Assembly: GCA_040752695.1 (NCBI GenBank)
Contig: JBFMGO010000002.1
Coordinates: forward strand, 18,564 to 82,563
Source of the DNA: a bacterium
Lineage (GTDB): Bacteria; SZUA-182; DTGQ01
Direction of reading: 5' to 3'
DNA length: 64,000 nucleotides
The notes beneath the pieces were generated by a model, which was not told the DNA's origin, did no database searches, and saw only the letters and a list, made by a program, of their open reading frames with translations. Shown here one piece after another: positions 9,698 to 21,229 of the stretch. Positions within the stretch are counted from its first letter, which is position 1. Each line of letters opens with the position of its first letter. A program made the position numbers and the translations under genes.

Positions 9698-12600
9698 ATG
9701 AAAAGATCTTTTTCTGCGAGCGGTCGCCGTATTGTTTTCATGAGCGGTACACTCGTGTGTTTCTTCACCTTTTATCTGCTTTTTCGGGTTTTCCCGGCTG
9801 ACCGTAAAGCAGGGGCGGCGCAAAAATCTGTCCTGTCCTGGAGCGGTGAGCCGGGTTTTGCTGCGGACGGGATCGATCCGCAAACCGGTGTTCCGGCAGA
9901 CACCCTTTTTTCCTACCGCATCAAGTATATCAGTGCAGATGATGTCCCTCCGGCGCCGGGATATCCGAAAGTTCACATCAAATCGGCAGGGATTGAAATC
10001 CTGGGCAGCCCCTTTTCCCTGACCGAGGATGCTGCTGCTGATATTTCCCTGAAAGATGGAAAGCTTTATACCTTCAAGACCACGCTTGCGGAAGGAGAGG
10101 ATTACACTTACTGTTTCGAAGCCCTGGACGCGAATGGGGAACAGGCGGACGGAAATCCCACGGACCCGGTATGCGCACCGCGAGTGGCAGGCAGCATTTT
10201 TGTCGACACAGGCGGGGGAAATGACACGACCGGCAACGGGAGCCCTGCCACGCCATACAAGACCATCAGCGGGGGACTGAAGCTGGCCGTAAGCGGTCAA
10301 ACTATCCGGGTCAGGCCAGGGGTCTACGAAGAAACCATCATCATGAAAAAGGGGGTCAGTGTGGTCAGCGAATCCGGCGCTGCGCAAACCGTTCTTACTG
10401 CCAGCGGAGAGGGGGGGCTGATTCAGAATGGTGCCGTTGTAACCTTCGCCGGCAAGATCACCGGCTGCACCCTGGCCGGTTTTGATATTTCCAAAGGAAG
10501 AAATGGCGAGGGCGGCGTATTCCTGAAAGCTTCGGGCGAGGGCATCAGTGGGATCACCATTTCGAACTGCATAATACATGATAATACCGGTCCAGGCATC
10601 AGGCTTGCCGGACCGGTGTCCGTGACCATAAGCGATAATGAAATTTTCAGGAACAGTTGCGCAGGAATCAGCAGTCTGGCTGCATCAAGCGAAAAGCAGG
10701 GGGAAGATGCCGCCAGTCAGCAGCAGTGGGAGAATGCCATCGGAGAATTGACCATAACCTCCGAAGACCGGGAGTTGCCTCTGACCATTTGGAACAATAC
10801 CATTCACCATAACAGCGGTGCAGGCATTGCTCTTAAGAGTGCGGATGGAGGTATCGGCTACCGGCTTGCCATCGGTGGTCCCGACCCCCGTAAGGGAAAT
10901 CAGATTTACTCCAATATCAGGGCAGGCATTGCCCTGGGGGGGATCGGGCAGGCGACGGTTCAAAACAATTTCCTTTCGAGCAACTGCACCCCACGGCACA
11001 CCTATGCAGCCGGATTGGTGGTTCAGGATGTTTCTCCGGAAGGTTCTCTTGTCAGCCTGATTCAGGATAACGACATCAGCAACCACCCAAGACCGGCTAT
11101 CAAGATCGAGGGGGCATCAAGTCTCATAATTAAAAATAATGACCTCTTCAATAATGGGGGAGGTATCGTTTTCCCTGCACACAAAGGATCTGCTTTATGG
11201 AGCTTACGCCCCGTTGTGATCAGGGGAAACCGCATCCATAACAACAGCAATTGCAGCAACGGCATAACGAAGAGTAACGGCAGCCAAAGCAGCGACAGCA
11301 ATGCTGTCTGGGGGAGCGCAGAAGCCGGGTCAGGCATTATCCTGGGCTCTTTCGATGCAGTAGGGGCAAGCTTTCCGGCCAAGATCACCATAACGCGCAA
11401 TGAACTGGCCCAGAACCTGGGAACCGGCATTGCTATCTGGGTTACCTGTGAGGCGGAAATCACCCAAAACAGTATCTATGGAAATCTTGGTGGAGGCGGG
11501 GGGATTTTTACTGGCGGAGGAAATCCGTTTTTGATCATCCGGAACAACAAGATTCACCATAACCTCATTTTTACCTCCGAGGCGGGAATTGATGTGCGAC
11601 ATGCAGGCGGTACCATTGAAAATAACCTGATCTTCCGTAACAGCCGGGGAGGAATCCGGTTTGGGGATGGCATTTGTGCCATTATCCAGAATACTGTTGT
11701 CTATAACGGCAGCCAGACAAGGGGTGGAGGCATCGTCTATGGCAGTCTTTCGGAAGACCCCAATGTAAAGGCCGGTGAAAGCTCGGACGGCCTGGTCATG
11801 ATCCGTAACAATATCAGCGCGTTTAACGAGACCGAGGGGCTGCTTCTGGGCGGTGAGGATGCGCTCTGCCCTGATAATCCGGATGCTGGAGATGGGGTCC
11901 CCTATCGTGATTATAATCTGGTATACGGCAATTATCGTACCAGCGACAACGATGACGGCAATGATACGGCCGCCGATGACTGCGGATGGGCAAAAGGCCC
12001 CCCCTATGTAGTATCCTGCATCCAGAACCAATATGGCAGATGCGGCCTGAACGAAAGCACGGGGAGCGCAAGGGGCGCAGATGGCACAGGCGGGGCAGAT
12101 GGCACCGAAAGCTCAGGGGATACATCTTTTATACTCACTAATCCCGACGACATCATTGCCGATCCCCTGTTCGTCAATCCTGCCGGAGATAACTATCACC
12201 TGAAAGCTGTATCTTTGGCCATTGGTGCAGGGTACGGCGACAACGACATCGGGGCCTATGGCGGAGAAAACCCCCTGTCAGATGGAGAACTTTTAAGGCA
12301 AAAGAGCAGGAGAAGCAAGGGAGCGGTCTTTAAAGAGCCGGTTTCTTTGGCCCCTTTGGCGGTTTCCTCACCCTTTTCTTTCATCTCTTCGGGAACTGCC
12401 ACCAGGATTATCCGGGTGACCGACAATTTCTATCAGGATGCCTACCCACATCTGCAAGGGGACTTGCTGACCTGGCAAGCGTTCCTGTATCCGAGCGCTG
12501 CTGAAGGCAAAAAGAAAAACTGGGAAATCTTCGTTTGCCACTTACCCACCGAAACCTGGCTCAGGATCACGGACAATGACACAGACGATAGAGCCCCGCA

Positions 12601-13546
12601 AACTAATGGACAGTATGTAGTCTGGCAGGGCCAGTGTGAAACCGGCAGTGAGATTTTTCTGTACCGATGGAAGACATGGGAGAGCATCAGAATCACCAGG
12701 GATACCAGCGAGGATTTTTTCCCCCGGATCTGTGGAGATTGGATTGTCTGGACATCCCGGCAGCGAAAGAACGATATGCTCCAGCCTGGTGAAATACTGC
12801 TCTACCGGATTCCTACCCAGGAAACCTTTAACCTTTCCGGCATGGTGGATCAAAACAATATCCGGGACGATACTTCCCCCCGCATACAGGAAACCCCGGA
12901 AGGGACCCTGGTAAGCTGGAGCAGGGAGGAAGGCGAAGACAGCCTCCTTTACCTCTATAACCTTGACTTCCTGGGAGAGCCTGGAGTTTTTCCCCAGGCC
13001 GCTCCCCGTGACTTTCTGTGGCCGGAAGATCGGCAGACAAGCGGAAGTCTTCAGGTGACCAGCCGCAGCGACGGCAGTGAGCGGGAGATTTTTGTCTACC
13101 GGCCCGATGTAAACCGGTACCGGCAATTGACCAATAACGAGTATGACGACCGATATCCCAGCCTGCACGGAAATCGTGCCGCCTGGATGGCGGGAGATGG
13201 TGAGGGTGCCGAGATATTTGCAGCTTTCCTTGATCCTAACTCATTTTCCGATGCGCCCTATGATCCCAATCCGCTCATAACAGATGATCCCCCGCCTGAT
13301 CCTCCGGTCACTCCACCTCCCGCTTCCGACCCCAATACACCGGAAACGCCGGGGCAAAAGCCCCCTCCTGAGGTGAGGAGTATAATCGAAGAGCCTCCCA
13401 CCCGATGCTTTATCAGCTCCTGCTGTGCCGCTGGTTGCCGTTGGCTGGTTGCCCCCTTAATAAGACTATTACGACCAGACAGGGCTATTTACGACCAGAC
13501 AGGCATATTGCGATCAAGCAGGCGCATAGCAATCAAGCAGGCATAG
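9698..13546 (+). CDS. Secreted multidomain surface protein: Ig-like + DUF1565/beta-helix + TolB-like propeller repeats + Pro linker + CFI-box-like C-terminus
   Basis: Signal peptide; IFVD..GNDTTGNGSPATPYKTI; I..N.I..N beta-helix repeats; RITDN..DD..P...G..VVW blades; PPPDPPVTPPP linker; RCFISSCC. Confidence 0.75.
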   Translation: MKRSFSASGRRIVFMSGTLVCFFTFYLLFRVFPADRKAGAAQKSVLSWSGEPGFAADGIDPQTGVPADTLFSYRIKYISADDVPPAPGYPKVHIKSAGIEILGSPFSLTEDAAADISLKDGKLYTFKTTLAEGEDYTYCFEALDANGEQADGNPTDPVCAPRVAGSIFVDTGGGNDTTGNGSPATPYKTISGGLKLAVSGQTIRVRPGVYEETIIMKKGVSVVSESGAAQTVLTASGEGGLIQNGAVVTFAGKITGCTLAGFDISKGRNGEGGVFLKASGEGISGITISNCIIHDNTGPGIRLAGPVSVTISDNEIFRNSCAGISSLAASSEKQGEDAASQQQWENAIGELTITSEDRELPLTIWNNTIHHNSGAGIALKSADGGIGYRLAIGGPDPRKGNQIYSNIRAGIALGGIGQATVQNNFLSSNCTPRHTYAAGLVVQDVSPEGSLVSLIQDNDISNHPRPAIKIEGASSLIIKNNDLFNNGGGIVFPAHKGSALWSLRPVVIRGNRIHNNSNCSNGITKSNGSQSSDSNAVWGSAEAGSGIILGSFDAVGASFPAKITITRNELAQNLGTGIAIWVTCEAEITQNSIYGNLGGGGGIFTGGGNPFLIIRNNKIHHNLIFTSEAGIDVRHAGGTIENNLIFRNSRGGIRFGDGICAIIQNTVVYNGSQTRGGGIVYGSLSEDPNVKAGESSDGLVMIRNNISAFNETEGLLLGGEDALCPDNPDAGDGVPYRDYNLVYGNYRTSDNDDGNDTAADDCGWAKGPPYVVSCIQNQYGRCGLNESTGSARGADGTGGADGTESSGDTSFILTNPDDIIADPLFVNPAGDNYHLKAVSLAIGAGYGDNDIGAYGGENPLSDGELLRQKSRRSKGAVFKEPVSLAPLAVSSPFSFISSGTATRIIRVTDNFYQDAYPHLQGDLLTWQAFLYPSAAEGKKKNWEIFVCHLPTETWLRITDNDTDDRAPQTNGQYVVWQGQCETGSEIFLYRWKTWESIRITRDTSEDFFPRICGDWIVWTSRQRKNDMLQPGEILLYRIPTQETFNLSGMVDQNNIRDDTSPRIQETPEGTLVSWSREEGEDSLLYLYNLDFLGEPGVFPQAAPRDFLWPEDRQTSGSLQVTSRSDGSEREIFVYRPDVNRYRQLTNNEYDDRYPSLHGNRAAWMAGDGEGAEIFAAFLDPNSFSDAPYDPNPLITDDPPPDPPVTPPPASDPNTPETPGQKPPPEVRSIIEEPPTRCFISSCCAAGCRWLVAPLIRLLRPDRAIYDQTGILRSSRRIAIKQA

Positions 13547-13590
13547 TGCAATCAAGCAGGTTTATTGCGAGCAGATAGGGCTATTTCGGA
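13465..13590. repeat. Degenerate ~20-bp tandem repeats spanning the gene end
   Basis: TACGACCAGACAGG x2, CAATCAAGCAGG-like x3, GGGCTATTT x2. Confidence 0.75.
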
Positions 13591-13777
13591 TAATGTGAAA
13601 GCAGCAAATCAATGAAACCGTAATTTGGTATAACAAAAAAAATACTCCTGTTCTTAAAAAGCTATGTAGACTTAGAATGATATATTTATCAATCGGTTAT
13701 CACAAGAGTAACACCCATGGCCGAGTATGGAAAGAACTCACCGCAACTCCAATAAATTACAATTCCTACAGATTTGA

Positions 13778-13807
13778 TTGACCCTTATCCTCTCTTTTGG
13801 TTATTAT
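13778..13807 (+). promoter_or_regulatory. Putative sigma70 promoter
   Basis: TTGACC-N18-TATTAT upstream of 14051. Confidence 0.35.
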
Positions 13808-14050
13808 ATTGCATAGTAGGAGTAAACAAAAGAAAAAAATTGATTATAGAATTATGACCAGGGGATATGATAACTCAAGATAACTGCCGTTCCCTTTTGA
13901 AGGGACTTTCTAAGGGAGGTGATTGGCAAGAGGCATAAAAAAAATGCTCATTGACACAAGAATTCATGAGAATTAATGCACGTTGATCGAAAAAGGTTTT
14001 GAGCGTTACAAGGTTCGTTAATGCATGCGTAATCGGAGAAGGAAAGGTTT

Positions 14051-17000
14051 ATGAGAAGGTATAGTTGGTTAAAGAGATTTTCCCTTACGAGTGTGGCAGC
14101 ATTGTTTCTCTTAACGGTAGCTGCGACAGTAATTGCTTCTGCCCAGGGTCTGGTGACAGCAACTGCTCTGTCCGGCCCGGGGGCGGTGGAGAGTGCCTGG
14201 CCATGCCGGGGGTACGATTCAGGCCGCACCAGTCAAAGTCCCTATGTCGGGGCGCAATCGAGCACTTTGAAATGGAAATATCAGATCGGCGATAAGCTGC
14301 ATTCCTCACCAGCCATAGGAGCTGACGGAACAGTCTTTGTCGGGGGCATGGACAAGATACTTTATGCCATTAGATCCGACGGTGTTCAGCTCTGGAAATA
14401 TCCGGTTGAGGATGTGATCTATTCTTCACCTGCCATAGGAGCGGATGGCACGATTTATGTTGGAAGTTACAACGGCAGGATTTATGCTGTAAATCCTCAT
14501 GGCATCTTGAAATGGAGTACTCTGATCGGATGGAATACTGAAACCTCCCCGGTCATAGGAGTGGATGGTACCATCTATATCGGAAGTCATGACGGCAAGG
14601 TTTACGCTCTCGACCCGAAGGATGGAAAGCTGAAATGGGCCTATCAGGCAGCTCCTTTATATATGTATTCCTCACCTGCCATAGGGACTGATGGCACAGT
14701 CTACATAGCAGGCTATAACGGCAAGGTTTCCGCCTTAAGGCCGTCTGACGGCAAACTGGTCTGGAACTGCCAGCCAGATGAAAAAGATACGGGATCAGCC
14801 CTTTTGGGGCTGGCTGTCGGAGAGGATGGCACAATCTATGTCGGAAGCCAGAATGGTAAAATTTATGCTCTTGGGTCCGACGGCACGGTGAAATGGAAAT
14901 TCCAAACCGGTGACGAAGTCCGATCCGCACCAGCCGTAGGCAGCGATGGTACCATCTATGTCGGAAGCTATGATTGCAAGATTTATGCTTTAAGACCCGA
15001 TGGCACCAAGAAGTGGGAATACACGACCGGAGGCTCTGTCTACTCCTCCCCGGCCATAGGAGCCGACGGAACGGTTTACTTTGGAAGTTTTGACGGCAGG
15101 GTCTATGCCGTGAGACCGGATGGCAGCCTGGGATGGAGCTATCAGACCAGAGGTCAGATTTATTCCTCCCCTGCTCTTGGAGCTGACGGAACCCTTTATA
15201 TTGCAAGCTATGATTATCGGCTTTACGCATTCGGTGCAACGCTTTGCCTGGATAACAGTCAATGCGGTGCCGGAAGTTTTTGCCAAAAAGGTATAGGAGA
15301 TTGCCTGGGGCAGGGAGTTTGCTCAAGTATACCGCAGACCTGCTCTGCTACCTACGATCCTGTCTGCGGCTGCGATGGTAAAGTCTACCATGATTGGTGC
15401 CAGGCCGTATCAAAGGCCCAGAGTATTGGCTCGTTGGGCGGATGCGGGTCAGCACAGCCAGAGGTTTGCGACGGCAAGGATAATAACGGCAATGGCCTGG
15501 TGGATGAAAATCTGACCAGGACCTGCACTACTGCGTGCGGCACAGGAGTAGAGACCTGTCAGAATGGCAAATGGGTTGGCTGTACCGTGTCCAAGCCGCA
15601 AACTGAAATCTGCGACGGCCTGGATAATGACTGCGACGGCCGGGTGGATGAGGATTTGACGGGAATCTGTACGAGCCAGTGCGGGTCAGGGCAAACGACC
15701 TGTCAGAACGGCAAATGGGTTGGCTGTACCGCGCCCAAACCGCAGGCTGAAATCTGCGACGGCCTTGATAACGACTGTGACGGCCTGGTGGATGAGGATT
15801 TGACGGGAATCTGTACGAGCCAGTGCGGGTCAGGGCAAACGACCTGTCAGAATGGCAAATGGGTTGGCTGTACCGCGCCCAAGCCGCAGACTGAAACCTG
15901 CGACGGCCTGGATAATGACTGCGACGGCCGGGTGGATGAGGATCTTTGGAAACCCTGTGCCACCCAGTGCGGCTCAGGGCAGGAGACCTGTCAGAATGGC
16001 AAATGGGTTGGCTGTACCGCGCCCAAGCCGCAGACTGAAATCTGCGATGGCCTGGATAATGACTGTGACGGTGAAAAAGACGAGGGAGTAAAGAAAACCT
16101 ACTATGCGGATAATGATGGGGATCAGTATGGCAATCTCTCCGTGAGTGTGCAGGAGTGCACTGCTCCGCAAGGCTATGTTGAGGATAGTACCGATTGTGA
16201 TGATTCAGATGGTACTATCAATCCCGAAGCTTTAGAAATCCCCTGTAATGGTAAGGATGATGACTGCCAGGGAGGGGATGATACAACTGTTTGTGACCCG
16301 ATCGGGCAGGTGGAGAACGAGACAGGAGATCTGGACATACCGGGAACCATGATCAATGCAGGAGAGGAGATTTGGATTCCGGTGCGGATTCAGAATGCGC
16401 CCAATGGAATCCATAGCTTTGGCTTTACGGTTATCTATAACCCGAACACTCTGAAATATTTGGAAGATTTTATGCTGGGAGATCTTATGAGCGGTTCTTC
16501 TTCTCAGGTCAGTGTAAATCCTGTTGTCCCTGGAAGAATCAATGTAAGTGGATCAATTCCTGAGGGTGAAGCCGGTATCGGGCAAGGATCGAGCGGCATT
16601 CTGATTTCGCTGAAATTTGAGCCTGTTGACGGCAGTCAGGAAGAGACTCAGAGCTACTCGCTGCAACTGCAAGACCTTATGGATAACCTGACATCTTTTT
16701 CCACCACAGGGGGCATCCTGACCATCGATCATACTATTGATCAACCCGTTGACCAATGCGATGGTGGAGGGGAAAAGAAAACCTACTATGCGGATAATGA
16801 TGGGGATCAGTATGGCAATCCCTCGGTGAGTGTGCAGGAGTGCACTGCTCCGCAAGGCTATGTTGAGGATAGTACCGATTGTGATGACTCAGATGAAAAC
16901 GTCTATCCGCATGCTTATGAAATCCCTTGTAATGGCAAGGATGATGACTGCCAGGGAGGGGACGATACGACTGTTTGTAACCCGATCGGGCAGGCGGAGG

Positions 17001-18313
17001 ACGAGACAGGGGAGCTGGATATCGCGGGGACCGTAATCAAGGACGGGCAGGAGATTCTTATTCCGGTACGGATTCAGAATGCGCCCAATGAGGTCCATAT
17101 CTTTGGCTTTACGGTTATCTATAATCCGAACACCCTGAAATATTTAGAGGAATTTGAGCGGGGAGAGCTTCTTCTGAGTGATACTTCTCAAGTCAGTGCA
17201 AATCCTGTTGTCCCTGGGAGAATCAATGTAAGTGGGTCGATTCCTGAGGGTGAAGCCGGTATCGGGCAAGGATCGAGCGGCATTCTGGCTTTGTTGAAAT
17301 TTGAGCCTGTTGACGGCAGTCAGGAAGAGACTCAGAGCTACTCGCTGCAACTGCAAGACCTTATGGATAACCTGACATCTTTTTCCACCACAGGGGGCAT
17401 CCTGACCATCGATCATACTATTGATCAACCCGTTGACCAATGCGATGGTGGAGGGGAAAAGAAAACCTACTATGCGGATAATGATGGGGATCAGTATGGC
17501 AATCCCTCGGTGAGTGTGCAGGAGTGCACTGCTCCGCAAGGCTATGTTGAGGATAGTACCGATTGTGATGACTCAGATGAAAACGTCTATCCGCATGCTT
17601 ATGAAATCCCTTGTAATGGCAAGGATGATGACTGCCAGGGAGGGGACGATACGACTGTTTGTAACCCGATCGGGCAGGCGGAGGACGAGACAGGGGAGCT
17701 GGATATCGCGGGGACCGTAATCAAGGACGGGCAGGAGATTCTTATTCCGGTACGGATTCAGAATGCGCCCAATGAGGTCCATATCTTTGGCTTTACGGTT
17801 ATCTATAATCCGAACACCCTGAAATATTTAGAGGAATTTGAGCGGGGAGAGCTTCTGAGCGATACTTCTCAAGTCAGTGTAAATCCTGTTGTCCCTGGGA
17901 GAATCAATGTAAGTGGGTCGATTCCTGAGGGTGAAGCCGGTATCGGGCAAGGATCGAGCGGCATTCTGGCTTTGTTGAAATTTGCACCCGTTGACGGCAG
18001 TCAGGAAGAGACTCAGAGCTACTCGCTGCAACTGCAAGACCTTATGGGTAACCTGAGATCTTTTTCCGCCACAGGGGGCATCCTGACCATCGATCATACT
18101 ATTGATCAACCCGTTGACCAATGCAATGGAGATGTTAATGGGGACGGAATCGTTTCCCCCAGGGATTATGTGATAGTCCTGGGGTGTTATAACGAGGCCG
18201 TTACCTGCCCTCGATGTTTCGATGTCAATAAGGACGGGACGGTCAGTCCGGCTGATGCTCAGTGCATATTCAATAAATATATGGGGAATCCTTCCTGTCT
18301 GGATCAACCATAG
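14051..18313 (+). CDS. Secreted PQQ-type beta-propeller + Kazal + CDGxDNDCDG repeats + 3 cohesin-like modules + type I dockerin
   Basis: Signal peptide; ~8 SSPAIGADGT.Y.GS.DG blades; CSATYDPVCGCDG Kazal; MopE-like CDGLDNDCDG.VDE repeats; EI.IPVRIQNAPN..H.FGFTVIYNPNTL cohesin-like x3; GDVNGDG.V...D / DVNKDG.V...DA dockerin duplet. Confidence 0.85.
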   Translation: MRRYSWLKRFSLTSVAALFLLTVAATVIASAQGLVTATALSGPGAVESAWPCRGYDSGRTSQSPYVGAQSSTLKWKYQIGDKLHSSPAIGADGTVFVGGMDKILYAIRSDGVQLWKYPVEDVIYSSPAIGADGTIYVGSYNGRIYAVNPHGILKWSTLIGWNTETSPVIGVDGTIYIGSHDGKVYALDPKDGKLKWAYQAAPLYMYSSPAIGTDGTVYIAGYNGKVSALRPSDGKLVWNCQPDEKDTGSALLGLAVGEDGTIYVGSQNGKIYALGSDGTVKWKFQTGDEVRSAPAVGSDGTIYVGSYDCKIYALRPDGTKKWEYTTGGSVYSSPAIGADGTVYFGSFDGRVYAVRPDGSLGWSYQTRGQIYSSPALGADGTLYIASYDYRLYAFGATLCLDNSQCGAGSFCQKGIGDCLGQGVCSSIPQTCSATYDPVCGCDGKVYHDWCQAVSKAQSIGSLGGCGSAQPEVCDGKDNNGNGLVDENLTRTCTTACGTGVETCQNGKWVGCTVSKPQTEICDGLDNDCDGRVDEDLTGICTSQCGSGQTTCQNGKWVGCTAPKPQAEICDGLDNDCDGLVDEDLTGICTSQCGSGQTTCQNGKWVGCTAPKPQTETCDGLDNDCDGRVDEDLWKPCATQCGSGQETCQNGKWVGCTAPKPQTEICDGLDNDCDGEKDEGVKKTYYADNDGDQYGNLSVSVQECTAPQGYVEDSTDCDDSDGTINPEALEIPCNGKDDDCQGGDDTTVCDPIGQVENETGDLDIPGTMINAGEEIWIPVRIQNAPNGIHSFGFTVIYNPNTLKYLEDFMLGDLMSGSSSQVSVNPVVPGRINVSGSIPEGEAGIGQGSSGILISLKFEPVDGSQEETQSYSLQLQDLMDNLTSFSTTGGILTIDHTIDQPVDQCDGGGEKKTYYADNDGDQYGNPSVSVQECTAPQGYVEDSTDCDDSDENVYPHAYEIPCNGKDDDCQGGDDTTVCNPIGQAEDETGELDIAGTVIKDGQEILIPVRIQNAPNEVHIFGFTVIYNPNTLKYLEEFERGELLLSDTSQVSANPVVPGRINVSGSIPEGEAGIGQGSSGILALLKFEPVDGSQEETQSYSLQLQDLMDNLTSFSTTGGILTIDHTIDQPVDQCDGGGEKKTYYADNDGDQYGNPSVSVQECTAPQGYVEDSTDCDDSDENVYPHAYEIPCNGKDDDCQGGDDTTVCNPIGQAEDETGELDIAGTVIKDGQEILIPVRIQNAPNEVHIFGFTVIYNPNTLKYLEEFERGELLSDTSQVSVNPVVPGRINVSGSIPEGEAGIGQGSSGILALLKFAPVDGSQEETQSYSLQLQDLMGNLRSFSATGGILTIDHTIDQPVDQCNGDVNGDGIVSPRDYVIVLGCYNEAVTCPRCFDVNKDGTVSPADAQCIFNKYMGNPSCLDQP
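15461..16090 (+). repeat. 144-bp (48-aa) Cys-rich tandem repeat, ~4.4 copies
   Basis: E(V/I/T)CDG units start at 15461, 15605, 15749, 15893, 16037. Confidence 0.9.
16091..18125 (+). repeat. 684-bp (228-aa) tandem repeat, 3 copies
   Basis: AAGAAAACCTACTATGCGG at 16091, 16775, 17459; copies 2 and 3 nearly identical. Confidence 0.92.
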
Positions 18314-18376
18314 GCACAGCCTTGATGCACCAGGCGTAATGATGCATCAGCGAAAAAAGAACATGATATTTCAACT

Positions 18377-18404
18377 GGCGGGGTTAAAAACCCCGCCTTT
18401 TTTT
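18377..18404 (+). terminator. Rho-independent terminator
   Basis: GGCGGGGTT-AAA-AACCCCGCC followed by T7. Confidence 0.8.
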
Positions 18405-18436
18405 CGGCCATACATACCAAGGGTAAGGGGGAATAG

Positions 18437-19965
<1,529 letters not shown>

Positions 19966-20113
19966 TTTTTCTTTTGCCCTCGTTGGGAATCTTATGCCCG
20001 GTGGAGGTTTATGTACGCTTTCTATGGTAACGGATCAGGGAGAGAGACTGAAGGCATTGAGACTATATGAATGAGGAGACAATGCGTCCCGATTGCAATA
20101 AGGCTTTTAGACA

Positions 20114-20190
20114 AACAGCATACAGCCAACAGTCTACCAACAGTCTACAGCCAACAGTCTACAGCTAGCAGGCCTTACAGCACCAACAAC
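20114..20190. repeat. Short intergenic tandem repeats (CCAACAGTCTA/ACAGC)
   Basis: CCAACAGTCTA x3 at ~20126-20165. Confidence 0.75.
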
Positions 20191-20198
20191 CTGAGCAG

Positions 20199-20993
20199 TT
20201 ACACTTTTTGATAAATCGAGGGCCGGACGTAGCGAAGTCCGGCAGTCATTCCAAGCAAACTTTCCGAATGGCCGACCAGTAAATATCCTTCGGTTCTGAG
20301 CAGGTTCCAAAACCGGTCAATCACCTTCCTGCGGCCCTGGTCATCGAAGTAAATCATTACATTGCGGCAAAAGATCGCGTCCAGAGGTCCCCGAAAGGGA
20401 TATTGCTCACCCTGAAGGTTCAGATGGTTGAAAACAACCATCTTCCGGATAAGATCCTGCACTTCCACACGATCCTTTCCCGCGGGCCGAAAGTATTTAC
20501 TTTCCTGTGCCGGAAAATCGACCAGTTTTTGCTTATCATAAATCCCTTGCCTGGCTGTGCTTAAAACCTGCCTTGAGATATCGGTAGCCAGGATTTTTAT
20601 ATCCAGAAATCTTTCTCCTTCAAGAGCCTCCAGGAGAGTAATGGCTAAAGAATAAGGTTCTTCTCCGCTTGAGCATCCGGCGGACCAGAATCGAAATTTT
20701 CGCTGACCTGCCTCGACCCATTTTTTTATGATAGAGGAAATGAAATCGAAGTGGTCCCCCTCTCGAAAGAAACTGGTAACATGGGTTGAGATGGCATCCA
20801 GCAGGAAGGATAATTCCCCCTTTTTTTGATCCCGGACTACATATTCATAATAGTCCTGATAATCGGAGATACCCAGAGCATTCATTCTCTTGGCCACTCT
20901 GGCCTGAACCAGTTCTTTTTTGGTTTCTCCGAGATGAATACCACTCTGGGCATAGATAAGGGTCGCGTATTTGGTATAGGTTCGATCGTCCAT
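20199..20993 (-). CDS. cheR: Chemotaxis methyltransferase CheR
   Basis: TSFFRE, WSAGCSSGEEPYS, ATDIS, IFCRNVMIYFD, GHSES. Confidence 0.95.
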   Translation of the reverse strand: MDDRTYTKYATLIYAQSGIHLGETKKELVQARVAKRMNALGISDYQDYYEYVVRDQKKGELSFLLDAISTHVTSFFREGDHFDFISSIIKKWVEAGQRKFRFWSAGCSSGEEPYSLAITLLEALEGERFLDIKILATDISRQVLSTARQGIYDKQKLVDFPAQESKYFRPAGKDRVEVQDLIRKMVVFNHLNLQGEQYPFRGPLDAIFCRNVMIYFDDQGRRKVIDRFWNLLRTEGYLLVGHSESLLGMTAGLRYVRPSIYQKV

Positions 20994-21000
20994 TTGGTTT

Positions 21001-21200
21001 TTCAGTCAGGAGTCACTGTGGTCAGCGATGGTCATAAGGTCCACTGCCTCATTAGTTTTTCGTGCTTTTGGTTTTTTGGAGAAGGGAGCCAGGAATCCAG
21101 CTTAGATCTTGTTTTCTTGAAGTTTTTGAATTCCTGGATTCTGGCCCCTTGTTTTTCGGATTCCTGCTTCGAGCCTTCTGACTTTCCGGCCCCCCGGCCC
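21001..21200. repeat. Degenerate heptamer repeats (GGAGTCA/GGAGCCA arm, TTCTGAC/TTCCTGG arm)
   Basis: GGAGCCAGGAATC...GAATTCCTGGATTCTGGCCCC...TTCTGACTTCCGGCCCC between mcp and cheR. Confidence 0.55.
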
Positions 21201-21229
21201 TTTTTTGCCTTTGTCTTACCGCTTACCCA

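Noticed and set aside
9644..10579. 311-aa minus-strand ORF and the many other short overlapping ORFs
   Set aside because: Antisense or alternate-frame shadows of well-supported genes, with no recognisable motifs
13465..13590. Possible CRISPR array
   Set aside because: Period ~20 bp, repeats not identical, no spacers
13797..13813. Sigma54-like TTGG-N10-GCA
   Set aside because: Poor -24 box, and it overlaps a more plausible sigma70 element
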